Positions 29,555 to 40,216 of a DNA stretch of 64,000 nucleotides are shown here, one piece after another. The translations under genes were made by a program, and so were the position numbers. The stretch is from the NCBI GenBank assembly GCA_963715985.1, contig CAVQSP010000014.1, positions 128,001 through 192,000 on the forward strand, given 5' to 3'. Below the pieces are notes generated by a model. The model made no database searches. It was not told the DNA's origin and saw only the letters and a list, made by a program, of their open reading frames with translations. How positions within the stretch are numbered: position 1 is the first letter of the stretch; each line of letters starts with the position of its first letter. The DNA is from an uncultured Thermoleophilia bacterium (GTDB lineage: Bacteria; Actinomycetota; Thermoleophilia; UBA2241).

Positions 29555-30103
29555 ATGGGGATCTTCAGCCCGCCGGACTTCGAACAGATGAGGGTCAACG
29601 GCGACTGGCCGCGCCTGATCCACTGGTGTCTGTACGACAAGGACCCCGCGTCGTGCCGCGCCGCGCGAGACGTGCTCCGCTCAGACCCCTACCCGCTGGT
29701 GGAGTACCTCTATGAGACGGCGCGGTGGGCCCAGCAGCACAGCGTCGGACGCAACAAGCGTCTCCCGCGGCGCAGCGTGATGCTCCTCAACGAGGCCGAC
29801 CGCGCGTTGACTCGGGTAGGCAGACCGGCGGTGGCTCCGCTGGTCGACGCCGTCCGGCTCTACGGAGAGTACGGCGATCCGGACGAGGACCTGAGATACC
29901 TCGTGTTCTGCCTCATCTTCGACATCCTGCAGAAGATCGGCCGGCCGGCGGTCGGCGGGCTGCGTCAGCTCGCAGGGTCACCCGACGCGAGCGTGGCCAC
30001 CCCGGCCCAGGAGGCGCTCGACGACCTCGAGGCACGCGGCCTCCTGGAGCCGGACACGAGCGCGGACGACGAGGCCGGCAACGAGGCTGACGAACACTCC
30101 TGA
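29555..30103 (+). CDS. Helical (HEAT-like) hypothetical protein
   Basis: GGAGG RBS; repeated L..IG.PAV..L pattern. Confidence 0.65.
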   Translation: MGIFSPPDFEQMRVNGDWPRLIHWCLYDKDPASCRAARDVLRSDPYPLVEYLYETARWAQQHSVGRNKRLPRRSVMLLNEADRALTRVGRPAVAPLVDAVRLYGEYGDPDEDLRYLVFCLIFDILQKIGRPAVGGLRQLAGSPDASVATPAQEALDDLEARGLLEPDTSADDEAGNEADEHS

Positions 30104-30203
30104 CGCGCCGGCGAACAGGTGCGGCTCAGCGCCGACCACGGACTGCCGTGGCGCCCGAGCGGGTACATCATGAGCGTCGTCGCAGCGTGCGGAGGGGGTC
30201 GTG

Positions 30204-30644
30204 ATGGCGTACACGATCGTTGTGGGGTTCGACGGTTCCGAGCATTCCAGGAAGGCGCTCGACGCGGCCATTGAATGGGCCAGAACGGTCTCCGACGGGG
30301 AGATCATCGTCGCGTGTTCCCAGGAGCGTCACGGGCCCGGCGTTGGGTTCCGCGGCCCAGAGATCGGAACGGAAGAGTACTGGGACGAGCTCGAGAAAAG
30401 GGTCAACGCGGACCTGGATGAAGCTGCCTCGCTGGTCACGTCGGCGGGCGTCAACGTGGCCACCGCCTGTACTCCCGACCGCCCCGACGTCACGATCGTC
30501 AACGTGGCCCGCGAGTCAGGGGCCAGGCTGATCGTCGTAGGCACCAAGGGCGCCGGCTACCGTGAAGGCCAGCGGTCAGTCCTGGGGTCCACGACCACCA
30601 AGGTACTTCACGAGGCCGCGGGGATCCCGGTCCTGGTCGTCTGA
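30204..30644 (+). CDS. Universal stress protein
   Basis: IVVGFDGSEHS...LIVVG...LGSTT...PVLVV. Confidence 0.92.
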   Translation: MAYTIVVGFDGSEHSRKALDAAIEWARTVSDGEIIVACSQERHGPGVGFRGPEIGTEEYWDELEKRVNADLDEAASLVTSAGVNVATACTPDRPDVTIVNVARESGARLIVVGTKGAGYREGQRSVLGSTTTKVLHEAAGIPVLVV

Positions 30645-30663
30645 GGCGCCGGCGAGACCGCTC

Positions 30664-30717
30664 GTAGACGGGCACCCCGGCGGAGGCGCTGACGCCTCCG
30701 CCGGGGTGCCCGTCTAC
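30664..30717. terminator. Hairpin between convergent genes
   Basis: 25-bp perfect stem with CTGA loop. Confidence 0.8.
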
Positions 30718-30774
30718 TCCTGCCCGTGTCGCTCGTCGTGCGGTGCGCAGAGCGTCGCCGGCGAGGTCAGATCG

Positions 30775-32427
30775 TCACACCCAGAAGATGACGTAGCCGA
30801 TCGTCATGCAGGCCAGGCCGCCGGCCACCGCGACGTACGGCAGCGGCCCGCACCTCGTGGGCCCCAGCGCGGTCTGGCCCTCGGGGATGAGGTCGTCGAA
30901 CATGTGTGTCGGGAACTTGCCCTTGTCCGTGACGTAGTGCCGGTAGTAGAAGACCGGGAGGGCGATCAGGGCGGAGATCCAGCCCATGAGCAGCGTGCCC
31001 TTGCCCCAGTAGTTCGCGCCGGCTCCCAGAAGGAACACGTTCATGTAGGCGAAGCAGGTACCCAGCACGAAGAGCGGCAGCGGCGCCTTGAAGGGCCGCG
31101 GCACCTTGGGGTTGTCCCTGCGGTGGATCCAGCCCGCGTTCAGGTTGAGGAAGTTGAAGATCATGTAGTTGCAGTTGGAGACGGCGAGCACGAAGACGTA
31201 GTCCGACATCAGCAGAAGGAACAGGTTGAAGATGAGGTCGGTCCACATCGCGTAGGTCGGCACCTTGTGATTGTTCAGGTGCGCCAGGTACTTGGGCAGC
31301 CAGCCGTCCTGACCACCCTGGAAGAGGGTCCGCGACGAGCCCGACATGGCCGTCATGACGGACAGCATCACCGTGAAGAACATCGCGACCGCGCAGAACT
31401 TGGTGAAGGTCGCGCCGGCATTGAACATGGCCGCGAACCCCTCGGGAACGCCGGCTCCCGAGTAGATCTCGGGCTTGAGCATGTAGTCGGTGCCGAGGAC
31501 GCCCTGCCACACGAACGGGATCACCGTGTAGCACACGATGCAGAACACGCCGGACCAGAGGATGGCCTTGGCCTGGTCGCGCCCGGGGTTCTTGAACTCG
31601 CTCATGTAGCAGATCGCCGTCTCGAAGGCGTAGGCCGACCAGGCGGCGATGAAGAAGCCTCCCAGGAACGCTGTCCAGCCGTCGAGGTTCCACGAGCCGT
31701 TGACCGGCACGAACGGCGAGAAGTTGCTCGCCACCACGTCGCCGGTGATCAGCGGGATGACCGTCAGAAGGATCAACGGCGTCATCGCTCCGATCGTGAG
31801 GACCATCTGGACGCGCGCCGTGCGCAGGATGCCGTAGTGCTGGATGTTCCACACGGCGAGCATGATGAGGGCGCCGATGATGAACACCGCGTTGATGCGC
31901 AGCGTCAACCCGTCCTTCAGGAAGTCGAGATTGACGATTGTGACCGACCACGTGTTGATGGTGGCGTCCGGGGCAAAGAAGACCGACAGCAGATACCCGG
32001 CGCAGAGACCGGAGCCGAGCGCCAGCACCGGCGTCCACGCCAGCCAGTTGCACCACAGCGAGATCGGCGCTGCGGGCCTGATGTAGCGGATCCAGGCGGT
32101 CGCGCCGTGCACCGCCGTGCCGCCCGACTTCTTCGGGTGCAGCCCGGCGATCTCGGCGTAGACGAAGGCGTCCACGAAGCCGACCAGCACGGAGAGCGTC
32201 CACACGAGCACGGCGACCGGCCCGGTGCCGGCGGAGATGCCGCCCATCGAGAACAGGATCAGCGCCGGTACGCCGGCGGCCACGAAGAAGGCGCCGACCC
32301 AGCTGAGGTCGCGGCGCATGTTGGTCTGGAAGCGTGACTTCTTGTAGTCATCGCCGTAGTCGGCGAGGTACTTGTCCGAAACGTCAGACCGCATCATGTC
32401 GGACTGAGCTCGGTCTTGATCCGCCAT
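30775..32427 (-). CDS. APC family amino acid/amine permease
   Basis: AGVPALILFSMGG, YAEIAG, AYAFETA, RPFKAP; multiple TM helices. Confidence 0.92.
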   Translation of the reverse strand: MADQDRAQSDMMRSDVSDKYLADYGDDYKKSRFQTNMRRDLSWVGAFFVAAGVPALILFSMGGISAGTGPVAVLVWTLSVLVGFVDAFVYAEIAGLHPKKSGGTAVHGATAWIRYIRPAAPISLWCNWLAWTPVLALGSGLCAGYLLSVFFAPDATINTWSVTIVNLDFLKDGLTLRINAVFIIGALIMLAVWNIQHYGILRTARVQMVLTIGAMTPLILLTVIPLITGDVVASNFSPFVPVNGSWNLDGWTAFLGGFFIAAWSAYAFETAICYMSEFKNPGRDQAKAILWSGVFCIVCYTVIPFVWQGVLGTDYMLKPEIYSGAGVPEGFAAMFNAGATFTKFCAVAMFFTVMLSVMTAMSGSSRTLFQGGQDGWLPKYLAHLNNHKVPTYAMWTDLIFNLFLLLMSDYVFVLAVSNCNYMIFNFLNLNAGWIHRRDNPKVPRPFKAPLPLFVLGTCFAYMNVFLLGAGANYWGKGTLLMGWISALIALPVFYYRHYVTDKGKFPTHMFDDLIPEGQTALGPTRCGPLPYVAVAGGLACMTIGYVIFWV

Positions 32428-33074
32428 GGTTGATCGCCCCCTCTGCGATCGTCTCCGCGCCTCCCCGGCTCCGGACACCTGCGGATGTGAGTCCGGCGTG
32501 GGCTCGGCGAGGGTTCGCCGTGGGCTCGGCGTCGCTAGCCGCCCAGACTCACTGAGTGATCGTGTGGCCGCCCCCTTTTTGGCGCCATAGGGCCTAGCAC
32601 ACCCCCACTATGCTTCCCATACTACTCCGGGCCGCAGAGCCGTCAACGCCTCCTGGATCGGGACGCAGCCGCCATCCGCGTTCGGCAGGGCTCGCGTCCT
32701 CTGATGCAACGTTCGTGTCGCCTCGGGCGTCGACCTGCAGCGTGGGGGTGGGTGCCTGAAGTCGCGCGGCTACCGCACCGGCAGACGAGGCCCGGCGTCG
32801 CAGCCTCTGGACCCCACACCTCCGACGGCGAAGGCGGTCGTCAGCATCCTGTCATCGGCCCTGCGCACGGCGGCTGACGCCTTGGGCAGGATGCGACCAA
32901 GCTCGCGCTCACGTTGCCGATGGTGGCGATGATGGCATTCTTCGCGGAGGACGCGCTCGTGCAGCGAGGACGTCGCCCGCCGACGCGGCCCGATCGTCGC
33001 GGCTGCGGGCGGCTCGCCGACGCGCGGTGGGTGAGGCAGGCCGTCAGGGCAGCGTGTTGACGAACCGACTCCAC

Positions 33075-33239
33075 CCTCGGCGATCTCGAGGTCTCTGCAG
33101 ATCTTGCTGGCAAGAAGTCGTTGATCTCGCGGTGTCGTGGGATCGACGTGGCCTTGCCGACGCTGCGGTTGACGAACACCGAGTGTCTCGCGCCTTCTCA
33201 GAGCAGGACGCACCCGTGCGTCTCGAGATGACGCACGAG
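33075..33239 (-). pseudogene. hicA: HicA toxin remnant, 5' end cut by IS21
   Basis: LVRHLETHGCVLL*EGARHSVFVN...IPRHREINDFL then frameshift SKICRDLEI. Confidence 0.75.
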
Positions 33240-33845
33240 TGTCGACGCCGGGTGAAAACTGAGCACCTATCGCCGGTCGAAAACTGAGCACCCTTGAAGG
33301 GGGATCGGACCGGCGACGAACCTTGAGCGGCAAGCGGCTCAAGGGAGGAAGGGGTGTTTCAGGTGCACGAGTGGGCGCAAGTACGCGAGCTCCATCGGCA
33401 GGGCGTCTCCAAGAAGGCCATCGCCCGCGGCTGGGCATGAGCCGCAACACGGTCTCGCGCCTTGTGGCCAGCGACGAGCCGCCGCGCTACGAGCGCCGCC
33501 CGGTGGGCTCGCAGGTCGAGCCCTTCAAGGCGAGCGTCCGGGCGCTGCTCAAAGAAGACGCGGACGTGGCCGCCACGGTGATCCGCGAACGCCTCCAGCA
33601 GCGCGGCTACGCGGGCGGCATCACCATCCTCAAGGAGTACCTGGCGAAGGTGCGCCCGCAGTTCAAGGAGGCGCGCGACTACGGGCGCACGACCTACCTG
33701 CCCGGCGAGCTCCTGCAGGCCGACTGGTGGGATACCGGCGTCGACGTGCCGGTCGGCAAGGGCGTGCGCCGCCGTGCTCACGGCCTCGTTGCGACCCTGC
33801 CCTTCTCGGACGCCCACGCCGTCGTCTTCACGCACGCGCAGATCG
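33240..33845 (+). mobile_element. istA: Truncated IS21-family element (left end + 5' istA)
   Basis: TGTCGACG.. end with two GAAAACTGAGCACC repeats; frameshifted istA from GTG 33354 (GMSRNTV, GYAGGITILKEY, PGELLQADW). Confidence 0.85.
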
Positions 33846-34263
33846 GGGGTCACGCCGCCGAAGCCGTTCCTGCTGTCGAGCTGGATCACGCCGTGCTGGT
33901 CGACGGAGCGGCCATAGGGATACTCGATGCTGTACCCTCCCGGCAGCGTGACCCCGCCGCCCACCATGCGAACGACCCGTTCGTGCCGTGGAAGCCGGGA
34001 GACGGGCAGAAGAAGCCGCACATGTCGGCGGCGAGCCGGCCGGAGCCTCCGTAGTTGCCGCGCAGGTCGAGGATGACACCGGGCACGCCCGCGGCGACGA
34101 ACGAGGCGATGGCCGCGCGGAACTGCTCGTACACCTTGGCCGGGTAGCGCCGTCGCCGGAGGGCTCGTGCTCCATCCTCACGAGCACGTAGCCGTACCCG
34201 TCCGGCAGGACGCGGGAGTCCACCTGGCTGGAGAACTCCGGCCGCACGGTTCGTCACTCTCAT
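33830..34263 (-). pseudogene. S41-family peptidase fragments
   Basis: YGYV, VILDLRGNYGG, GGVTPDLRV spread over different frames. Confidence 0.65.
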
Positions 34264-34289
34264 CGAGCGTCCAAGGGCGAGCCAGGGCT

Positions 34290-34445
34290 TCAGTGAGTTA
34301 GCCTCATCCTCACCTGCGACTTGTCCACCGTGCGCAGCTGGTCGACGACGACCCGGCCGTCCGTGATGGCGAAGTGGATGCGGACGCCGGAGGGGCAGGG
34401 CCGTCCTGTGGTGGTGGGTGACGCCACGGCGACGGTGCGTGCGGA
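34290..34445 (-). pseudogene. MazF/PemK central fragment
   Basis: RTVAVASPTTT...GRVVVDQLRTVDK. Confidence 0.6.
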
Positions 34446-34478
34446 CAGCGTGAGTCCGTGCGCTGAGGCGACGCGCGA

Positions 34479-35807
34479 TCAGACGAACTGCCGCATGTAC
34501 TCGTACCCGGGGGTGAGCTCGCCGTGGTGCAGGATGAGCGCGCGCTGGAGCTCGGGCGGAAGGCTCAGACGGCGGTGCGGCAGCGAGAAGTCGGCCGCGG
34601 CCAGCGCGGGCACGAACGGGGTCAGGGCGGCGCTGAAAGCTTCAGACGACTCCCGCGAGAGCTCGCAAGGCAGGTTCCCAACGGCGAGCACGACGGGGCC
34701 ACGGCCCTCCACGCCGTCGGCGATACCGCCGGTGTCGGGGTCGTAGACGTAGACGGGCTCATCGATGTGGGTCTCCTTGACCGTGAGCTCCACCGAACCC
34801 TCGATGTCGCAGCTCACGTCGCCGATGACCCGGAGGTGCGGCGGGGTGGTGGCGGCGTAGAGCCTGCGCACCGCCGCCTTCGTCACCAGGCGCGGGTACG
34901 GCGTGTCCCAGAACACGCAGTTGAGGAGCACGGTCAGGTGCGCCAGCCGGCGCTCGAACGCGCCCTCGTACAGCTGCGGCTGCTGGTAATACTCGTCCAG
35001 CGCGAACGGCGCCGTGGCTCCACGCCGCGCCACCATGTCGTGCTCGGCGAACACGACCTTGTGGACGGCGCGGCGCGGGGCGGCTGCGGCGCCGCGGCAG
35101 GCGGCCCGCGCGAACAGGCCGTCGAGGTCGTCCGGCGCCACCGCGACGGCGCCGAGCGCGTCCACGACCTCTTGCGCACCGAGCGAGACGTTGCCGTAGC
35201 CCGTGATCCCGACGACGAACGGGCAGAGCTCCGAGGGCAGGCCGTCGCGGGCGATTCGGGCGCCCACCTCGCGGACCGCGGCGAGAGCCCCCGCGAGCGT
35301 CGGGTACCTGTACGTCTGCTCCAGCGCGGCGAAGGGATTGGGCGCGAGGCCCTCCCACTCCAGGCGCCGGCCGAGCGCCCACAACGAGTCGATGGCGCCG
35401 GCGAGGCCGGCGAACCGCGAGAAGTAGATGATCCTCCTGCCGCCCTCGTCGGTGATGCGCTCGTAGTCGATCAGCTGGCACCCCAGCTCCATGAGGCGTC
35501 GCAGCATGTCCATGTTGTAGGGCTGGCCTTTGATGGTGTGCGAGAAGAACGCGTAGGTCTTGCCCGGCGTGAAGAGCTCGCGAGGTATCTCCTTGACGGC
35601 GAGCACGATGTCGCAGGCGCTGAGGTCCTCGTCGATGCGGGCCCCGGCGCGCGCATACTCATCCGCGGCGAACACGCGCTGCGGCGACGGCTGGACGATG
35701 AGCTCAACGGAGCCAGAGCTCGTGAGGCGCGCGACGTCGCCGGGGACCAGCGGAACGCGCGCCTCCCAAGGATCTTTGTCTTCGCGGCGGATGCCTATGC
35801 GGCGCAT
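34479..35807 (-). CDS. Lysine-ketoglutarate reductase / saccharopine dehydrogenase-like (AlaDH_PNT family)
   Basis: IGIRREDK.WEARVPL, FSHTIKGQPYNM, IDYERI, GYGNVS.GA, DVSCD, NLPCEL. Confidence 0.88.
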   Translation of the reverse strand: MRRIGIRREDKDPWEARVPLVPGDVARLTSSGSVELIVQPSPQRVFAADEYARAGARIDEDLSACDIVLAVKEIPRELFTPGKTYAFFSHTIKGQPYNMDMLRRLMELGCQLIDYERITDEGGRRIIYFSRFAGLAGAIDSLWALGRRLEWEGLAPNPFAALEQTYRYPTLAGALAAVREVGARIARDGLPSELCPFVVGITGYGNVSLGAQEVVDALGAVAVAPDDLDGLFARAACRGAAAAPRRAVHKVVFAEHDMVARRGATAPFALDEYYQQPQLYEGAFERRLAHLTVLLNCVFWDTPYPRLVTKAAVRRLYAATTPPHLRVIGDVSCDIEGSVELTVKETHIDEPVYVYDPDTGGIADGVEGRGPVVLAVGNLPCELSRESSEAFSAALTPFVPALAAADFSLPHRRLSLPPELQRALILHHGELTPGYEYMRQFV

Positions 35808-35919
35808 CGGCGGCGCCCTCCTCGTTGCCCGGCGCTGACGGCGCCAGTCTATGCGGGTCTCGAGGGCTTCGCCACGGGGAGAGCGAGCGCCACCGAAGGC
35901 GAGTCGCACGCTGCGCGAG

Positions 35920-36009
35920 TCACGGCGCGAAGAACTCGCGGAGCAGGTCGCGGACGGCGGCGGCCTCATTCGGGTCCAGCGCGCCCAGGCGCGTCGCCAG
36001 GCGCGCCTC
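35920..36009 (-). pseudogene. MazF/PemK C-terminal fragment
   Basis: EARLATRLGALDPNEAAAVRDLLREFFAP*. Confidence 0.5.
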
Positions 36010-36014
36010 CCGCC

Positions 36015-36347
36015 TTAGTCGGCCGGCTCGCCTTTCACGCGGGCGCCGATCACGAGGTAGGAGAGACCCTCGGGCCCGGCGACCACCTGGCGCTGGGCGG
36101 ACGGCTGCACCAGCACGTAACGCCCCGGCTCCAGGTCGACGTTCTCGCCGTCGATCTTGAGGTAGCCTGCGCCCGCGAGTGGCACGAACATCTCCTCCTG
36201 GCCCGACTTCAGCTCGGTGTGCTCAAAGCCCTCGTGGCCGGGCGGCGAGTCGAACTGGTTCGCCTTGATGGCGAGAGCCTCCAGGGCCTGGGCGACCGGC
36301 TTGCGCCGGCCTTCGAAGTCCTTGACGTCCATCATCGTGTAGCTCAC
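36015..36347 (-). CDS. Cupin domain protein
   Basis: GGAGG RBS; HTE...QEEMFVPLAG.G cupin motif. Confidence 0.85.
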   Translation of the reverse strand: MSYTMMDVKDFEGRRKPVAQALEALAIKANQFDSPPGHEGFEHTELKSGQEEMFVPLAGAGYLKIDGENVDLEPGRYVLVQPSAQRQVVAGPEGLSYLVIGARVKGEPAD

Positions 36348-36667
36348 CGTGCGCCTCCTGCGAATGAAGATCGTGGTTGAAGTCGAGATTCAACTGCGGT
36401 TGTACCACAGGGGATGCAGACGAACTCCTCGCAGCGCGTCCAGGCACCCTCGAGCGGCACTCGACCCGAGAATCGGGAGCGGCTAGGACGGCCGGGCGAC
36501 GAGGCGCACATCGGCGTCCAGAGCCTCTGCGATCCGCTGAGGTTACTCGAACTCGACCAGTCGACGTCTGGCCTCGGCCTTCCCCTTCCTGGAGTCCTCT
36601 TCCGCTGCACTGCGTGAAACGCCAGGAACGCGATCCGCGCTACGACGGTCCCGGAGATGAGCGCCTC

Positions 36668-36778
36668 ATGGCCCGAGTTGGCATCGACTTCTCGCGGGAC
36701 GACATTGCCGCCCTGTGCCGCCGTCACGGTATCCGACTGCGCGCGGCGCCGGAGGAACAGGCTGGCAGCACGCAGTGA
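36668..36778 (+). pseudogene. MNT nucleotidyltransferase antitoxin N-terminal remnant
   Basis: MARVGIDFSRDDIAALCRRHGIR, truncated before the expected FGS motif. Confidence 0.5.
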
Positions 36779-37224
36779 GCGCGAACTGATTGGCTGAGCC
36801 AAAGGTCTGCGCTCGAGCTCAGTATGGTCCCGGTGAGCGTGGGGTCAACGAGCGTCAACCTTCGCCCACTCGTCGAGGCTCCGGTTGCCGTAGTCCAGTG
36901 TCTTGATCGGGGCAGTGCGGAGTGCGCAGTGCGAGCGGCTTTGCCCAGCGAACGCGCCCGTCGGCAGGGTGACGTTGGGCGAGCTGCGTCAGGCGCTGAT
37001 CTCATCGCCCTCTGTCAACGCCGGTCCGATGTTGAGCACCCTCAGCTCGCGGAATGCCTTGCGACCGCCCCGGTCTTCGGGCGCTATGAGAACAGTGCGA
37101 GCGATGAGGCGGGTGTGACCGCCCTATTCACACGCGTGTCCGCGCACGCGCGCGTGCCCCCGCCCGTCCGCGCTGCCTCTTCATGCTCTTTGAAAGAGGC
37201 AGCGCGGACGGGCGGGAGGTGCTC

Positions 37225-37891
37225 ATGCACGATCGAGGCGAACGTGATGGACGGGACGGACAGGCAGGGACGCGGTTCCCACAGGGCATGAGGCGGCACG
37301 AGGAGCCGGACTTCGGGTTCGCCATCGAGGTCCCGCGGCGGTTCATTCGGCTCACGAACACGGTGGATCCCATCGCGCAGATGATGCGCGTGGGCGCCGC
37401 GCAGGCCGGGCGCGAAGGGCAGGCGCCCGGCGGGGACGAGGAGAAGCCCGGCGGGGAGGAGCAAGCCTGGCCGACCGGCTTCTGCGACCCGGAGGTGCTC
37501 GGCGACATCGGCGGCGGGCGTCTACAGCCACTGCGCCTGCTCGAGATCGACACCCTCGGCCGTTCGGAGCCGCTGACCGACGACGAAGCGGCCGCTTTCT
37601 GGTTCGAGGCGCGGGAGGTGCTGCCGCAGGCGCTCGCGTCCTCGGAACTCCCCGGCTATCGCCTGCTCGACGTGCGGGATGCCACGCTCGGTCCGCTGGA
37701 TGCCCTCGCGTTCGAGTGGCGCTGGGACGGGCTCAGGCCCGGCGACCAGGGCGGCGACCGCGCGCTGCTGGTCTGGGCGCTGCATCCGCAGCGCGTGTTT
37801 CAGGTGTACTACCACTGCTGTGGCGACGAGTGGGAAGCGTATATGCCGGAATCTTCGGGGCATCCTCGGGTCGCTGGAGCTGTTGTCGTGA
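37225..37891 (+). CDS. Hypothetical protein (frameshift near 37850)
   Basis: GGAGGT RBS; alternate frame ends LRGILGSLELLS*, overlapping the next GTG. Confidence 0.6.
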
Positions 37892-38209
37892 AGCGCACGT
37901 ACCACATCTATGCGATCCGCCTGGACGATGCCGTGCTTCGCCGCCGCGCGTTCCTCGAGCACAACCCCGACTACGTGGCGGGCAAACCGTGCTACTACAT
38001 CGGCTCGAGCATCTATCCGCCGGCGGTGAGGTTCCAGAAGCACAAGTCCGGGGTGAAGTCGTCGCGGTGGGTGCGCGACTTCGGGCTCTGGGTGACGGCC
38101 GGCAAGTGCCGCGAGGTCGAGCTGGAGGGGCCGGACGAGCCGGCGCGCAGCCGAGCGGCAGTACGCCGACAGGCTGCGCAAGAAGGGCTACGGTATCTGG
38201 CAGAACTGA
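37888..38209 (+). CDS. GIY-YIG-like small nuclease (frameshift near the 3' end)
   Basis: HIYAI...YYIG....RFQKHKSG...E...A..LRKKGY. Confidence 0.65.
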
Positions 38210-38231
38210 GTCGGGGTGGGGAGGGGTCCGC

Positions 38232-39325
38232 GTGAGTGAGAACCGTGAGCTGCTTGAGTGGCTCTTCGCCGAGGGGCGCATCCTGGTGCAGAGGGGCCGG
38301 CTCTTCGACGAGCAGCCGGCCCCGCTGCCCGCCGGCTTCGACTGGGACCGCATCGACGGCATGCTGATGGGTCTGGCGATCGGCGACGCGCTGGGCAACA
38401 CGACCGAGTCGATGCTGCCGGAGCGGCGCCTGGCCGCGTGCGGCGAGATCCGCGACTACGTGCCGCATCACCGCTACCGCACCGTCGCCTCGCCGTCGGA
38501 CGACACGCAGCTGGCCTTCTGGACGCTCGACCAGATGCTGCAGGACGGCGGCTTCGTGCCCGAGCGCGTGGCGCAGCGGTTCGCGCGCGAGCAGATCTTC
38601 GGCGGCGGATCGGCCGTGAAGGACGCGCTCGACTGGGTGAGGCAGGGCGACGCGCCCTGGTACGAGTGCGGAGCGCCGTCCGCCGGCAACGGCGCCCTCA
38701 TGCGCATCGCGCCGATGCTCGTGCCCTTCGTGCGCTCGCCCTCGCCCGACCTGTGGGCGGACATCGCGCTCTCGGCCGATCATCACCCACAACGACGCCG
38801 CCTCGACCTCGGCGTGCCTCGCCTTCGGGGCGATGCTCTGGGAGCTGCTGGGCATGGACGCGACGCCGGAGCCGGACTGGTGGCGCCGGCGCTACGCGCG
38901 AGGTGGCGCACGACCTCGAGGGCGAGACGCGGTGCGGGCCGCGTGGCGGGCGGTTCGTGGGGTACGGGGCCGCTCTGGCGGTTCGTGGACGAGCGCCTCG
39001 CCGACGCCGGGCGCGCGACCTCTCCGTGCGCGCGGCCTGCGAGGAGTGGCGGTCCGGCGCGTACCTGCTGGAGACCGTGCCGTGCGTGCTGTACATCCTC
39101 ATGCGGCACGGCGCGGACCCGGAGGAGGCCCTCGTCCGCGCCGTCAACGACACCAAGGACAACGACACGATCGCGGCGATCATCGGCGCCGCCGTCGGTG
39201 CCCTCCACGGCGCCGGAGCGCTACCCGCGCGCTGGGTCGCCGGCCTGCCCGGGCGCACGCGGGCGGACGATGACGGGGAGGTGCAGAGGATCCTGGAGGC
39301 GGCGCGGGGGAGGTGGGGGGCGTGA
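38232..39325 (+). CDS. ADP-ribosylglycohydrolase (DraG family), several frameshifts
   Basis: GLAIGDALG, SDDTQL, GNGALMRIAP, DNDTIAAIIGA..GALHG. Confidence 0.88.
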
Positions 39326-39478
39326 CGGGTGAGGTGCGGAGGCTTCGCGTGGGCGCAGGGGATCGCTCTCGTGAAGCGCACGTTGCCTTGGCGGCGCCCG
39401 CGGCTGTGACATCAACGTCACCGTGTCGACCCGATCGTCACTCTCCCCGCCGATGGGTCATGCGGCTGCGGTCGAGCC

Positions 39479-40216
39479 GTGCTCCATCTCTATCTCGACG
39501 AATCGGGAGACCACAGTCTGCGCCACATCCAGGCCTCCTACCCGCTGTTCGTGCTCGGAGGCGTCATCTTGGCCGATGACGCCGCCGTCGCAGCAGCGGG
39601 GGCGGCGATGGCGGACTTCAAACACCGTTGGTTCGGGGCGAAACGCGTGGTGCAGCACACCGCCGACATGGTGCGCAATCGCGGCGCCTTCGCGTGCCTG
39701 AAAGATGAGGCCGTGCGGTCACGGTCCTTCGATGAGCTGAACGATCTGCTGGTTCGTCTGGAGTTCAGCGTGGTGGCATGTGCCGTGCGCAAGGACGCAC
39801 ATCTCGAACGATATGGGGACGAGGCGATCGATCCCTACCTGCTCGCGCTCACCGTGCTCGTTGAGCGCTTCTGCTTCTGTGTCCGCTCCGACGCCGAGCG
39901 TGGGCGCATCGTCGCCGAGCGGCGCACGCCTCAGCTCGATCGACAGGTCGAGATGGGGTGGGGCCACCTTCGCACGCGCGGCACTCGCTACGTGCGCCCA
40001 TCCCTGATCGCGCGCCGCATCGAGGCGTTTGACTTCGTCGACAAGCGCGACGCTCCGGCGGGGATGGAACTGGCCGATGCGGTGGTGTCCCCGCTGGGGA
40101 GGATGCTGCTGGGGAAGCGGACGCGCATCGACCAGAGCATCGTCCAGGCGAAGCTGCGCCGTGGTCCGGACGGAAGGGAGTGGGGCAGGGGTCTGATCGT
40201 GTTGCCCCACGAATGA
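39479..40216 (+). CDS. DUF3800 (RNase H-fold) protein
   Basis: LYLDESGDH, FVLGG, GMELAD. Confidence 0.88.
   Translation: MLHLYLDESGDHSLRHIQASYPLFVLGGVILADDAAVAAAGAAMADFKHRWFGAKRVVQHTADMVRNRGAFACLKDEAVRSRSFDELNDLLVRLEFSVVACAVRKDAHLERYGDEAIDPYLLALTVLVERFCFCVRSDAERGRIVAERRTPQLDRQVEMGWGHLRTRGTRYVRPSLIARRIEAFDFVDKRDAPAGMELADAVVSPLGRMLLGKRTRIDQSIVQAKLRRGPDGREWGRGLIVLPHE

Noticed and set aside
32430-32650. Riboswitch or ANTAR hairpins in the APC permease leader
   Set aside because: A plausible promoter (TTGACG-N16-TAGTAT) and stems exist, but no family consensus was recognisable
14429-33222. Genome-wide stop-codon reassignment (TAG at 14429, TGA at 18652 and about 33198)
   Set aside because: Many genes end normally in TAG or TGA, TGG is used for Trp, and both TGA cases are in genes that are also truncated
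37183-38235. 350-aa fusion protein in the ORF track
   Set aside because: Better explained as two coupled genes joined by frameshifts (stop at 37891 overlapping GTG at 37888)
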